A DNA stretch of 45,127 bases from positions 1 through 45,127 of the forward strand of contig JBEKXL010000019.1 in NCBI GenBank assembly GCA_049512075.1, written 5' to 3'. Each line of letters begins with the position of its first letter. Positions within the stretch are counted from its first letter, which is position 1. The DNA comes from Candidatus Bathyarchaeia archaeon (GTDB taxonomy: Archaea; Thermoproteota; Bathyarchaeia; Bathyarchaeales; Bathycorpusculaceae). A program made the translations under genes and the position numbers. Positions 27,179 to 37,152 of this stretch are shown in pieces. The notes under the pieces were generated by a model. That model did not search any database. It was not told where the DNA came from and worked only from the letters and a program-made list of their open reading frames with translations.

Positions 27179-28690
27179 ATGAAAAACGGTAGATACTATA
27201 TTACCTCTGTGATACTTTTAGGGCTAATGTTGACAAGCACATTCGCAGTATTTCGCGTATACGCACTAGCAACACCATGGGTTGGATACGTTAAGCCTTC
27301 ATACCCTGATTATGCTCCGAGCGGAATGCCGGATTTTGACGAGAAGCAGCCCCAGTTTACCACTGACCAAGGACATGTGCAATATTCCTGGTGTGTTCCA
27401 GTAGCTGTTGCAGATTCGCTGTGGTGGCTTGACTCAAAATACGAATCAAAGAACTACACGAATCCGGTGCCTCCTCCAACAGTGAGCGATCACTTCAACT
27501 TGGTAACTGCTTATGGCCAATGGGACGATCATGACCCCCAGAACGTTTTTGGACTTGTCGCTGAGTTGGCAGGCAACATGCATACGGATGGCATAGGAGT
27601 AGGTGGGGGTTATGTTGGAACAAGGTATGCAGATATTCAGCCCGGGATTAATACCTACCTAACAAACCATGGCGTAGCCGGATTGTTCGAGGTTCACGGA
27701 GCGGATTTTCCAGTCTTCAGCTGGATTGACCAACAGGTCGAGGCGTGTCAGGACGTTGAGCTTTGCCTCGAATTCTGGTACTTCACCGGCCAGAACTGGC
27801 AACCAGTTACAAACCCAATCTTTGAATTGGGTCACTGCGTGACTTGCGCTGGCGTCAACTCCACAACAAGCCAGGTGCTTGTAAGCGACCCCTATTATAA
27901 CGCTTTCGAAGCTGGTCTGGTTCCGGGGCGCTCACCTGTTCCGCACACGGACCTCACCACCGCCGTCCACAACAACGCAACATTGGTATCACAAGATGCC
28001 TACAACGTAGTCCAATTTCCTATACCACCACCGCCTGGCTATCCTATTGGTGTGTTGGAGTTGCAGAACTATCTGCAAATCAATGGCTTCACCATTGACC
28101 CGAACTGGCATGCTTTCATCAGAGGTGCCGTCGCGGTTTCACCAGTGCCCACGCATGATGTCGCGGTAACAAACGTAACCACGTCTAAGACTGGATGTAC
28201 GCCCATGCCCACGGTTGGTCAAAACATGACTATGACTGTTAACGTTACTGTTGCAGATACTGGCGATTTCGATGAAAGCAACATCACGGTTACGGCATTT
28301 GCCGCGCCAAGCATGCCACCATCGATTGCAATAGGCCAAGTTAACGTGAGTCTTACCGCTGGGAGTAGTGCAAACCTGACTCTGACATGGAATACGACAG
28401 GAGCATCTTATGGCAGCTACACCATCAGCGCCACGGCAGGACCAGTTGCGGGCGAAACATACACAGGAGATAACACGCTCTCAGACGGAACGACACTTGT
28501 AACAATTCCAGGCGACATAAACGGTGATGGCAAAGTCGGCCTCTCAGACCTATCCATACTGGCGAAGGCTTACGGAACCACACCGGGCAGTCCAAAGTGG
28601 GTCGCCAACGCGGACCTAAACGGCGACGGCAAAGTCGGCCTCTCAGACCTATCCATACTAGCAAAACACTACGGACAACACTACCCATAA
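27179..28690 (+). CDS. Secreted protein: papain/C39-like peptidase domain + CARDB-like Ig domain + dockerin type I
   Basis: Signal peptide; WCVP (Cys), GHCVT (His), VSDP (Asp); HDVAVTNVT CARDB-like start; two DxNGDGKVGLSDL repeats. Confidence 0.85.
   Translation: MKNGRYYITSVILLGLMLTSTFAVFRVYALATPWVGYVKPSYPDYAPSGMPDFDEKQPQFTTDQGHVQYSWCVPVAVADSLWWLDSKYESKNYTNPVPPPTVSDHFNLVTAYGQWDDHDPQNVFGLVAELAGNMHTDGIGVGGGYVGTRYADIQPGINTYLTNHGVAGLFEVHGADFPVFSWIDQQVEACQDVELCLEFWYFTGQNWQPVTNPIFELGHCVTCAGVNSTTSQVLVSDPYYNAFEAGLVPGRSPVPHTDLTTAVHNNATLVSQDAYNVVQFPIPPPPGYPIGVLELQNYLQINGFTIDPNWHAFIRGAVAVSPVPTHDVAVTNVTTSKTGCTPMPTVGQNMTMTVNVTVADTGDFDESNITVTAFAAPSMPPSIAIGQVNVSLTAGSSANLTLTWNTTGASYGSYTISATAGPVAGETYTGDNTLSDGTTLVTIPGDINGDGKVGLSDLSILAKAYGTTPGSPKWVANADLNGDGKVGLSDLSILAKHYGQHYP
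28529..28659 (+). repeat. Perfect 32-bp direct repeat encoding the dockerin duplication
   Basis: GGCAAAGTCGGCCTCTCAGACCTATCCATACT at 28529-28560 and 28628-28659. Confidence 0.95.
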
Positions 28691-28748
28691 TCCCATTTTT
28701 CTCTTATTTGTGGGCTGCGCCTTGTTCCATTAGATTGAAGAGCGTTCT

Positions 28749-29207
28749 GTGAAATGGATCTTCGATCTGCAGCCCATGGTCACATCGACCTTCGATCTAG
28801 TGCTCTCGGCCCCAGAACATGCGCGCGCGCATGGTGGTATGCTCGCATTTCCTAACATGCCAAGATTGTTCGATTTGTGGTCCAAGTATGGTCAACGAGT
28901 AAAAGCTACGGGAGAAGATCGCTACATTGGCAGACAACTCTTCTCGATATTTGCTCAGGCAGGTTTTAGTTCGATTGACATCCATCCTTTCCCAATAAGC
29001 GGAACGCAGCAAAATCCAGAAGCTTTTAAGATGCTTGTAGGAGTTCCTGTTCAGATTCTGGAGCGTGACAAAGGTGCCATGATCAATGAGGGCATAGCCA
29101 AGGCAGAGGATTTCAGAGAAATGCTGCATGAATTCAAATCAGTGCTAAGCCATCCAGGCGCCTTCGCCATGGGATTAAGCTTCCTTGCAATAGGAAAGAA
29201 TCTCTGA
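28749..29207 (+). pseudogene. Truncated class I SAM methyltransferase (C-terminal half), disrupted at (GC)5
   Basis: TFDLV remnant, then GCGCGCGCGC at 28821-28830, then HGG..FP...DRYIGRQL..IF.QAGF; no motif I glycine-rich loop. Confidence 0.65.
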
Positions 29208-29413
29208 TCGCGCATGGAAAGACCATGAAGCGTGCGCTAGGTGCTGAAGACTACTACCGAATAGAAAAAGAGGGGTGCGCAGGAGATATCTCCACCATAG
29301 GGTGCAAATGGGAATTTGCACTCTAGTTGCGGCAGTTTATATCTCATTTTTCTCGCTTGGAATATCCCACTACCGTTAAATAGGCACTTCAACAGAGTCC
29401 TCAAATGAAGAGG

Positions 29414-30529
29414 ATGTGGACGTCGACGGATGCCGTTTATGAGCAACTTGCGAAGGCCTTGGATGGACTGCCAAATGGGTTTCCAAGAACGCCTTCCAGC
29501 GTTGAGATACGAGTTCTGAAGAAGATTTTCTCACCTGAGGAAGCGAAGCTGGCAGGGCAGCTAAGCGGGTCTATGGAACCGGTTGGCGCTATAGCTAGTC
29601 GCGTCGGACTTTCTCCAGAAGAAACGAGGGAAAAGTTGGTGGGGATGGCTAAGCGTGGACTTGCGTGGCATCATGAAGAAGACGGGAAGTTGTTTTTCAG
29701 GCTGGCGCCTTTTGTCGTCGGGATTTACGAGGCGCAGCTAGAAAGCATGGATCACGAACTAGCCCACCTGGTCGAGGAATACTTGGCAAACGGCGGGGCA
29801 GCCGGAATCATGAAGCCTCAACCAGCCATACACCGAGTCATCCCTGCACATAAAGCCGTGAAGTCGGAGTGGATACTACCCTACGACGACGTCAAAGCCA
29901 TACTCCTCAAGTCTAAAACATTCGGTCTACGTGACTGCGTCTGTCGAAAACAACAGGATCTAATCGGCCGCAAGTGCACTTTTCCGCTTAGAACCTGCCT
30001 CAATTTCTCCTCACTCGAAAGCCCTCCGAACGGGTACACAATTTCGAGAGAAGAAGCACTAGATTTTCTTGACAAAGCTGAGGAAATGGGCCTTGTTCAC
30101 ACGGTCAGCAACGTGATGAAAGGAATAGGCTATGTCTGCAACTGCTGCGGTTGCTGCTGCGGAATACTCAGAGGAATCAACGAGTGGGGCATAGAAAACT
30201 CTGTGGCCCATGCAAACTACTATGCCGCCATCGACCCCGACGAATGCGTAGGATGCGGAACATGTAGAAAAAGATGCCAAGTGCACGCCATCTCCGAAAA
30301 AGACGGAATATCAGTCGTAGACACGAAAAGGTGCATCGGCTGCGGACTGTGCGCCACGGGGTGCCCAAACGGAGCAGCAGAACTCAAACGAAAACCTGAA
30401 AACGAAATCGTCAATCCTCCACGAGACTTCGCCACATGGGAACACGAACGCATGCACAAACGAGGCCTAAGCAGACAATCTGAACCCAGCACCAGCTCTA
30501 AACAAAAGGGAAAGCCTGCTTCTCTATGA
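29414..30529 (+). CDS. 4Fe-4S dicluster protein with N-terminal winged-helix-like domain
   Basis: CVCR, CNCCGCCC and two CxxCxxCxxxC ferredoxin motifs. Confidence 0.9.
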   Translation: MWTSTDAVYEQLAKALDGLPNGFPRTPSSVEIRVLKKIFSPEEAKLAGQLSGSMEPVGAIASRVGLSPEETREKLVGMAKRGLAWHHEEDGKLFFRLAPFVVGIYEAQLESMDHELAHLVEEYLANGGAAGIMKPQPAIHRVIPAHKAVKSEWILPYDDVKAILLKSKTFGLRDCVCRKQQDLIGRKCTFPLRTCLNFSSLESPPNGYTISREEALDFLDKAEEMGLVHTVSNVMKGIGYVCNCCGCCCGILRGINEWGIENSVAHANYYAAIDPDECVGCGTCRKRCQVHAISEKDGISVVDTKRCIGCGLCATGCPNGAAELKRKPENEIVNPPRDFATWEHERMHKRGLSRQSEPSTSSKQKGKPASL

Positions 30530-30532
30530 GCT

Positions 30533-31312
30533 CTAGTTGATTTTTGCCACTGCCACCGTGCCAGTCAAGACACTGCTGTTGAGAAAGGTGATTTCCTTAC
30601 CAGAATCCAGTAGAATCCTCGTGTAGAAAGGCGTGAGTTCCTTGACCACGCCTTCCTCATTCATATAGGTCGTGTAGACCCTGTCACCCTGCGAGTAGGG
30701 AAGTCTGCGTCGCACGATTGCTTCTGAAGCTGGAAATGTCGTGACGATTACTCCCCCTTGGACTATGGCAGTGTTCGGAATGACCACCAGACCTCCGATG
30801 TCATTCCGTATTCGCGTTACCATCGCCGTTATCTCTTCTACCTTGCCTAGAATGTTATTCACCATAACAATGTCGCCTATGCTGAACGGGCGGGTCATGA
30901 GCACTAACGTTCCGGCGAGAATATTGCCCACAAACGTGGATATGACAAGACCGATAATAATCGACGCGATGCCTCCACCTAGCAACAGTGTAGTCGGTGA
31001 AACCTGAAATATGCCAAGTGAAGCAAAAAACACCACGATGCCCACGACTAGAACCATGAAGAACTGAAAGACCGCGGCGAGGTGAACGCCAACGTGTTTT
31101 GATAAAAGGGCTTTAGAGCGCCTAATGAAAAGGATAATAATCAGGCCAAAGGAGACAACTATCACCGTTCTAACAGTCTGATGAATCAGCAGAGTCAAGT
31201 GTACCTGTGCAGCAAACAACTGGTCATACGCGAACACAAGGCCAAAGGCCACAACTATCAGGATCACTATAACTAGCGCAAACCTCTTAACAGAACTCAC
31301 GAAGTCAGCCAA
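30533..31312 (-). CDS. Small-conductance mechanosensitive channel (MscS) family protein
   Basis: TM helices; NILAG..L...RPFSIGD, G.VEEI, IPN; a second beta-domain-like copy at the C-terminus. Confidence 0.85.
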   Translation of the reverse strand: MADFVSSVKRFALVIVILIVVAFGLVFAYDQLFAAQVHLTLLIHQTVRTVIVVSFGLIIILFIRRSKALLSKHVGVHLAAVFQFFMVLVVGIVVFFASLGIFQVSPTTLLLGGGIASIIIGLVISTFVGNILAGTLVLMTRPFSIGDIVMVNNILGKVEEITAMVTRIRNDIGGLVVIPNTAIVQGGVIVTTFPASEAIVRRRLPYSQGDRVYTTYMNEEGVVKELTPFYTRILLDSGKEITFLNSSVLTGTVAVAKIN

Positions 31313-31412
31313 TTCTTTTCACACCAAACACAGCTATCATGCAGATCCTATTCTATAGGTTTTCCCTCGACTTGATGCACGTGCCTTGCCTCCCATTCTC
31401 CGATATTCAGAA

Positions 31413-31505
31413 GCGCGTATGGTTAAATCGGCTAAAAATGGTTTTACAGCTAAAACTTGACGCAAAAGGCGAATCAGTTTAACCGTTTTAGACAGAAAGC
31501 GCGTC
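31413..31505. repeat. Degenerate short inverted pair of the GCGCGC-anchored repeat
   Basis: GCGCGTATGGTTAAATCGGCTAAAAATGGTTTT on the left; reverse complement ACGCGCTTTCTGTCTAAAACGGTTAAACTG on the right. Confidence 0.5.
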
Positions 31506-31622
31506 GAGAGGCCCAAACCACAATTCCAACACGTGCTAAATCATATCTAGTCTAGAACGATGAAGAACCTGGTTTTGAAGCTGAGCCAGCGTGAGTTCTC
31601 CTAATCACCTTTCGGTATTGTG

Positions 31623-32021
31623 CTAAAGCCCATCAATTCTTTCGGCATCGATGTAGTAACCGCCGCGCCCGCCCTCGACCCCTGGTACCCCGCTTCTGAC
31701 AACCCCAAAAACCCTCACGCTCACAGAATCAAAGACATCCGAACCATTTGCCGTTCCATCGCGGCCGTTCCAACGCACTCCGATAGTTACGTTAGAGCTG
31801 AGTTCGAAGTTCCATAAGATATCATAGCCGATAAATGGACCAGTGAGGTTGCCTTCAACCACGACTTCCCTGTTCACCCACGCAACGGGATTAAGCAGGA
31901 TTTGGTCTATCGAGACTCTCTGTTGGGCGGGAGTGAAAACGACGAGTCCAAAAAAGGCCGCAACGGCGCTTATGGCCAAAACGGTGCAAACAATCACCAA
32001 GACCACTGCTTTCTTTCTCAT
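31623..32021 (-). CDS. Membrane-anchored hypothetical protein (OB-fold-like)
   Basis: N-terminal TM; SIDQIL.NP..W....V.VEG; V.VFG.V; YYIDAE.I; GGAGG RBS. Confidence 0.75.
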   Translation of the reverse strand: MRKKAVVLVIVCTVLAISAVAAFFGLVVFTPAQQRVSIDQILLNPVAWVNREVVVEGNLTGPFIGYDILWNFELSSNVTIGVRWNGRDGTANGSDVFDSVSVRVFGVVRSGVPGVEGGRGGYYIDAERIDGL

Positions 32022-32343
32022 GCTCCTCCCCAAGTACATTCCAGATTGAACTCACATTTAAGACTTTACTTCATTCTTCTTGTCCATATTAGCATACGTG
32101 TGCGTGAAAGGGGCATTATCCGAAGCGCGCGCTATTTGGTGATGCCTTTCTAAGATTCTTGCCAGCATCAGAACTCGTACGCATGACCCCGCAACGGTCC
32201 TGCAACATTCTCCAAAATAGAGACTTGCAAAAGCTCAATCAAAAGACTTTCGTTCGCTATTCAGTCCGCGAGCGCGGTACAGATATTAACTTTGACTACA
32301 TTAGTCTGGGCTATACTAGCCTCTATTGGGAAGCCTTCGAGGT

Positions 32344-33324
32344 ATGAGCGCTCTGATCAGCAGGTACTTCACGTCGTTAATCGTGGTTCTAAGCATAATC
32401 CTGGGATTTGCTCTTCCACAGGTGGGAGTTATTTGGAGCGGTGCGCCCTACCTGACTCTTCTGCTGATGTTCCTGATGTTTTTTGTCACGCTAAGCATAG
32501 AACCGAACGATATCGCCCATGCAATTGGGAATTATCCAATCATACTAGTGGGTTTGTTCACGACGTTTGTCCTAGTGCCCGTGCTGGCACTTTCCACAAA
32601 ACCCTTTTTCCCGGCCATAATCTACGCCGGAACTATACTTGCCCTCTGCTGCCCATCCGCGATCGTCTCTTCGTTCTGGACCAAGGTTTTCAAAGGAGAC
32701 ATTGCCACCGCTCTAGTCATGAGCATAATCACGAACCTGTTCTCGATAGTCACAATACCCGCAACAATGCTCATCGCCGTGGGCACATTCCTCAACGTTC
32801 CCATTACAAGCATGATGCTCAATCTGGCAGAAATAATCCTAATTCCCATGACCGCCTCCTTTCTGCTGAGGAGATTCGTTCACCTTGACTGGAATAGAGT
32901 CAGCGGTTACGGCTCCAGAGTGGAACTGGGCATACTCGTTCTCGTGGTTTGGGGGTCCACCGCGTCAGGAGTCGAACCAGTGAGAAACAACGTTGCACAA
33001 TTTGCTTCACTGAACGCTTTCATGCTTGGAATACTCGCACTCGCCTTCACTTCGACCCATTTTCTCACCAAGAGATTCGGGCACAAGAAGGCGATATCAA
33101 TCGAGATTTCGACAACAGTGAAGAACGCAGCCCTCTCCCTAGTTATAGGTCTAGCCACGTTTCCCACGCTGATACTTCCCCCATTAATTGCAAATCTCAT
33201 CGCGCAAAACCTGTTCCTCATCCCAGCAAAGGCCATAACAGAAAAAATAGCGGCACACCAGACGCTGGTTCACAAGCAAGATCAAAGACAGAAGGGCGAT
33301 GGTGATGTTGCCACTAACGCATAA
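32344..33324 (+). CDS. Bile acid:sodium symporter (BASS) family transporter
   Basis: CCPSA.VS, GD.A.AL, E....KNA.L motifs; about 10 TM. Confidence 0.9.
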   Translation: MSALISRYFTSLIVVLSIILGFALPQVGVIWSGAPYLTLLLMFLMFFVTLSIEPNDIAHAIGNYPIILVGLFTTFVLVPVLALSTKPFFPAIIYAGTILALCCPSAIVSSFWTKVFKGDIATALVMSIITNLFSIVTIPATMLIAVGTFLNVPITSMMLNLAEIILIPMTASFLLRRFVHLDWNRVSGYGSRVELGILVLVVWGSTASGVEPVRNNVAQFASLNAFMLGILALAFTSTHFLTKRFGHKKAISIEISTTVKNAALSLVIGLATFPTLILPPLIANLIAQNLFLIPAKAITEKIAAHQTLVHKQDQRQKGDGDVATNA

Positions 33325-33380
33325 AATGACAGACGGAGCTCCAAATAATCATATCTGAGGGTTCGCCATATTGTTGCAGG

Positions 33381-33764
33381 ATGGATATGAAGTCCAAACT
33401 TATCTATGTTGGGATAAGAGTCACGAATCTGCAGAGATCTATCGATTTTTACACGAAAGTACTCGGCATGAATGTTAAGGGTCGAGGCAAGATCGACCAA
33501 ACTAAGGGCGAGGCTGTCGGGCTTGAAAGCGAGAAAGACGGTTTCGTATTGGAACTCAACTATTACGAAATAGACAGCCCGTTTAACACAAAATACGTGG
33601 TAGGAGAAGGATTGGATCACCTTGCGTTCAAAGTTGACAACTTGGAGAAAGCCTTGGAAGAAGCAAAGAACGCCGGACACAGGACTATCCTCGAAATGAA
33701 AGCGGACGGTGGCCGATGGGCCTACATAGAGGACCCGGACGGAATCTGGATCGAACTATTCTAG
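33381..33764 (+). CDS. VOC/glyoxalase I family protein
   Basis: GIRVTNLQRSIDFY..VLGM, LELNY, HLAFKV, EDPDGIWIEL. Confidence 0.92.
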   Translation: MDMKSKLIYVGIRVTNLQRSIDFYTKVLGMNVKGRGKIDQTKGEAVGLESEKDGFVLELNYYEIDSPFNTKYVVGEGLDHLAFKVDNLEKALEEAKNAGHRTILEMKADGGRWAYIEDPDGIWIELF

Positions 33765-33931
33765 CGCCGCAATGCACTCTAGTCCAACTGGAATTTCTCG
33801 CCTTCTTGTAAACGCGCGTAAGCATCTGCGGAAAGAGGAAGGTTCCTGAAGAAAAAACACGAAGAACCTGCCAGAGAGGACAGTCTCTTGGCTTCGCAGT
33901 TCTCACATCGCCTGCCTGTGAAAAGCCAAGC

Positions 33932-34426
33932 CTAGTAGACTGCAAGAATCTTACCAAAATAAAGTGTGTGATAGTCATCTTTCGGGTAGAAAAGCGTCTT
34001 TACATCGGCTGGAACGATGTCAGGTCTGACTTCGAGTTTGTGCATAACCTTGCACTCGTAGTGAATCTTGCATTCTCGGATTACGGGCACCTTCACGCTC
34101 TTTCCTTTCATGAGGCTCAGTTTGCACTCCTTGAGCTTGTCATGCGCCCTGCCGCTGACTTCACCGCAATGGCTTACAGCTTTATCGAGCCCTTCACCAG
34201 GCACGTTCACCGTAAACTCATCGCTGTCTTCAATGAACTCGTGTGTGAACCGTGAATGTCTTACAGCCACCAGAAAGACAGGCATCCGCCAGAAAACTCC
34301 CACCAAGCCCCAGCCAATCGTCATTACATTACACTTTCCATCCTTCTTCGCACCGACCAACAAACAGCCTGGATTTTCCAGCTTCGTCAGTGTCTCAGGA
34401 ACGAACTCATCAAACTTTACATTCAT
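33932..34426 (-). CDS. Flavin reductase-like FMN-binding protein
   Basis: NVMTIGWG, VR.SRFT, FTVN, CG..SGR..DK, YHTLYFGKI. Confidence 0.9.
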   Translation of the reverse strand: MNVKFDEFVPETLTKLENPGCLLVGAKKDGKCNVMTIGWGLVGVFWRMPVFLVAVRHSRFTHEFIEDSDEFTVNVPGEGLDKAVSHCGEVSGRAHDKLKECKLSLMKGKSVKVPVIRECKIHYECKVMHKLEVRPDIVPADVKTLFYPKDDYHTLYFGKILAVY

Positions 34427-34463
34427 ATCGCTCACCATGAATCCCCTGCTCTGGATGTTTGTT

Positions 34464-34781
34464 TTAGAGTGGTTTTCCACATTTAACGCATTTGGGTCCG
34501 ATGGGCGGCTGAACGGTGTGACATTTCTTGCATTCTACGACTAATTGAGTTCCGCAGTTTTGGCAATAGTCACCGAAGAATGTGGGTTTTCCGCATTTCG
34601 GACAGTTAAGAGATAGCGAAAGTCCGCAGTTACTGCATCTTACCCAGTTGGGCTGGATTGGTGTGTGGCATTTGGGGCATCTGGTTTCTAGCGGGTTCAC
34701 TTTGCCGCACATGGGGCAGACGTTTGAGTTTGGAGGAACTAGCTGACCGCAGTATTTGCACGGTTTTTTGAAGCCTGACAT
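34464..34781 (-). CDS. Poly zinc-ribbon (DZR-type) protein
   Basis: Eight CxxC motifs in 105 aa. Confidence 0.85.
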   Translation of the reverse strand: MSGFKKPCKYCGQLVPPNSNVCPMCGKVNPLETRCPKCHTPIQPNWVRCSNCGLSLSLNCPKCGKPTFFGDYCQNCGTQLVVECKKCHTVQPPIGPKCVKCGKPL

Positions 34782-34895
34782 GAACTGTCACTATTAGGAG
34801 AGTTTTGCAGGTAATTGAGTAATATAGTTTTTCACGAGGAGGGCCTGAACAGAAGCTTCTTATATTTCAGATCCAATCTCTAGACTGTCAAAAAC

Positions 34896-35570
34896 ATGGA
34901 GTTGTTTAAAGTGCCGTTTATACCCTTCACAAGAAACTTCGCTGACAACAGCACAGAGGCAGGATTTCAGTTCACGTTCTTCTGCGACGTCTGCTCTGAC
35001 GGATACAAAACAAATTTTGTCGAGTCAAAAACCTACAAGAAAGCAGGACTCTTGCGTGGCTTGGGCAGAGCCGCATCCCTAGGCTCTTCAGTCTTGGGCC
35101 GAAGCGGAGGATACGAAGCCGAGAGCGGAGCTGACATCATCGCCGAACGGTTTCAAGGCATGTCCCCAGCTTGGCACAAGGAGCACGAAGAAGCCTTCAA
35201 GCTGGCCCAAAACGAAGCCATGGGGCACTTCCACAAATGTCCCAAATGCCAAAAATACGTTGACGACACATGCTGGAACGACGAAAGCGGACTCTGCATA
35301 GAAGACGCCCCGAGAGCCGCTTCCGAAATAGCGGCTGCAAGAGCTACCCAGATGAAAGAGCAAATATGGAAAAAGGCAGAAGAAACCCAAATATTCACCG
35401 GCGAAATCAAACCCACACAAACCATATGCCCCCAATGCGGAAAACCAGCAGGAGAAGGCAAGTTCTGCACAAATTGCGGAGCCCCACTCGCAATGATAAA
35501 ATGCTCAAGATGCGGAGCACAAAACGCGGCAGGCACCAAATTCTGCGCAGAATGCGGAAACAAACTCTAG
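34896..35570 (+). CDS. Zinc-ribbon domain protein (C-terminal double zinc ribbon)
   Basis: D.ST..GFQF.F.CD.C, CPKC, CPQC, CTNC, CSRC, CAEC. Confidence 0.88.
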   Translation: MELFKVPFIPFTRNFADNSTEAGFQFTFFCDVCSDGYKTNFVESKTYKKAGLLRGLGRAASLGSSVLGRSGGYEAESGADIIAERFQGMSPAWHKEHEEAFKLAQNEAMGHFHKCPKCQKYVDDTCWNDESGLCIEDAPRAASEIAAARATQMKEQIWKKAEETQIFTGEIKPTQTICPQCGKPAGEGKFCTNCGAPLAMIKCSRCGAQNAAGTKFCAECGNKL

Positions 35571-35631
35571 ACCAAACCACCAGATAGGATACGTTTTTCA
35601 ACAATAAAACAGAAGCCAGAAAGAGATAAAG

Positions 35632-36978
35632 TTGGAAAACAGCAACGAAGAAGAAGAAGAAGACAAAACTGTAATCGAATGCCAGATGAGTTATGCGCTT
35701 CTCGACGAGAACGGTAAACAGGTTACCACAGGCGATTGTAATGGAGCGATAAACAAAGAATATCTCACCCTGTATCCAAAGTTCGGTGACATTCTACCTT
35801 TCCACCTGAGAGAGATAAGCCTGATCGAAGCAGAAAACTACCAAATCACGTTACCGATGTTCTCAAAAGAGAAACTGACCCTGTTCGATCTAGGCCACTG
35901 CTACGAAGACTTCCACAGAGTTCTCTCAGACCTCAGAAACGAGGTAATTATCAAGGACTTGCTCATGAACGAAACCGTCCGAAAACCTGATGTCAACATG
36001 GAATTCACCTGCACAGACGAAAAAGGAAACGAGAAGCAAAAAGGGCCAGCGAAAACTCGCCTGTACGAGACGGGCATGGTAATAATACCTGAGAAAGGCG
36101 AGTTTCTACGAGTACCCTACAGCGACGTCACAGGCGTTTCGGAGGAAAACTACACCATCAAAGTGGGGACAGAACAAGGAGAACAGTTCCTCTTCGAGAA
36201 AATGGGGTCCGAGTTCGGTCCCTTCCTCAAGCAATTCTCAGACGTCTACAACGAACTCCAAACCAGAGCAGTCTCCTCACTCAAGGCGCTCTATCCACCC
36301 ATAGACTCCGTTTCGCTCAGGAGAGTCTCTGCAATCATGAGGGAGGGAAAGGCCGCTAAGCGGGCTGACATAGAAGCCATCAATTCAAGATTGTGGCAAG
36401 AACTGGAGAAGAAAATAACCTCAGTCGGCCTAAACGACCCATACGCTTTTCTGAAGGAATTAGGTCGACAAGAGGAGATAGCCATAGGGTTCAAACGAGG
36501 CCTGATGGGCGACCTGACGGGCGAATACATCTGGTTTTTGGTACCGATTTACGGCACGGTCGAGAAGGGTTACGGAAACGCTATCGCCATGGAGGCGACA
36601 GAAGCAACTGGCGAAGAGAGCACCGGAAAAGCCACGTACTTTTTCAGAATGGTCAGCAGAAAAGACTTTCCGACTTCAAAAACCCCTGAACAGCTCGACG
36701 GCGAGGTAGACAAGCTCATCAAGACGATAAACAGGTGCATGCTCGACATAAACTTCCGAAGAGAACCCATTTACCTCCCAGAAGAAAGGCTTGATGAAGC
36801 CGACTACGTCAAATACAAAATCGCCTCACAGAGAATTCCATCCTTACAGATTCTAAGGAACCTGTACATTGGAAGAGTGATACACGCGTCGCCGGAACAG
36901 TGGAAAAACGACACTATGGAACTGCTTAGGTTCAACGTCGCAACCCTAGATGACTCGACCAAATGGAAAAGACAATGA
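35632..36978 (+). CDS. Conserved hypothetical protein with two predicted PH-like beta-sandwich repeats
   Basis: 448 aa; repeated pattern LPFHLREISLIE..NYQI and VPYSDVTGVSEENYTI; LDINFRREPIYL motif; PH fold is inferred. Confidence 0.75.
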   Translation: MENSNEEEEEDKTVIECQMSYALLDENGKQVTTGDCNGAINKEYLTLYPKFGDILPFHLREISLIEAENYQITLPMFSKEKLTLFDLGHCYEDFHRVLSDLRNEVIIKDLLMNETVRKPDVNMEFTCTDEKGNEKQKGPAKTRLYETGMVIIPEKGEFLRVPYSDVTGVSEENYTIKVGTEQGEQFLFEKMGSEFGPFLKQFSDVYNELQTRAVSSLKALYPPIDSVSLRRVSAIMREGKAAKRADIEAINSRLWQELEKKITSVGLNDPYAFLKELGRQEEIAIGFKRGLMGDLTGEYIWFLVPIYGTVEKGYGNAIAMEATEATGEESTGKATYFFRMVSRKDFPTSKTPEQLDGEVDKLIKTINRCMLDINFRREPIYLPEERLDEADYVKYKIASQRIPSLQILRNLYIGRVIHASPEQWKNDTMELLRFNVATLDDSTKWKRQ

Positions 36979-37152
36979 GAAGACCCTCCTCAACTCGCGT
37001 GAAAACGCCTCAGGGTTTCCTACAATCTGTATGCACTGCGCCTCTTGCGTGCTATCGTATGACTCTCACGACGAGGAATCAGCCTATTTGATCTTGCGAT
37101 AGAAGGCAAGTGTTAACAGGAACAGAGAATGACTGAATTTTGGAGATGGACT

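Noticed and set aside
28529-28659. Direct repeat as a DGR template/variable repeat pair
   Set aside because: It is explained by the normal dockerin duplication, flanking mismatches are not adenine-specific, and there is no reverse transcriptase in the window.
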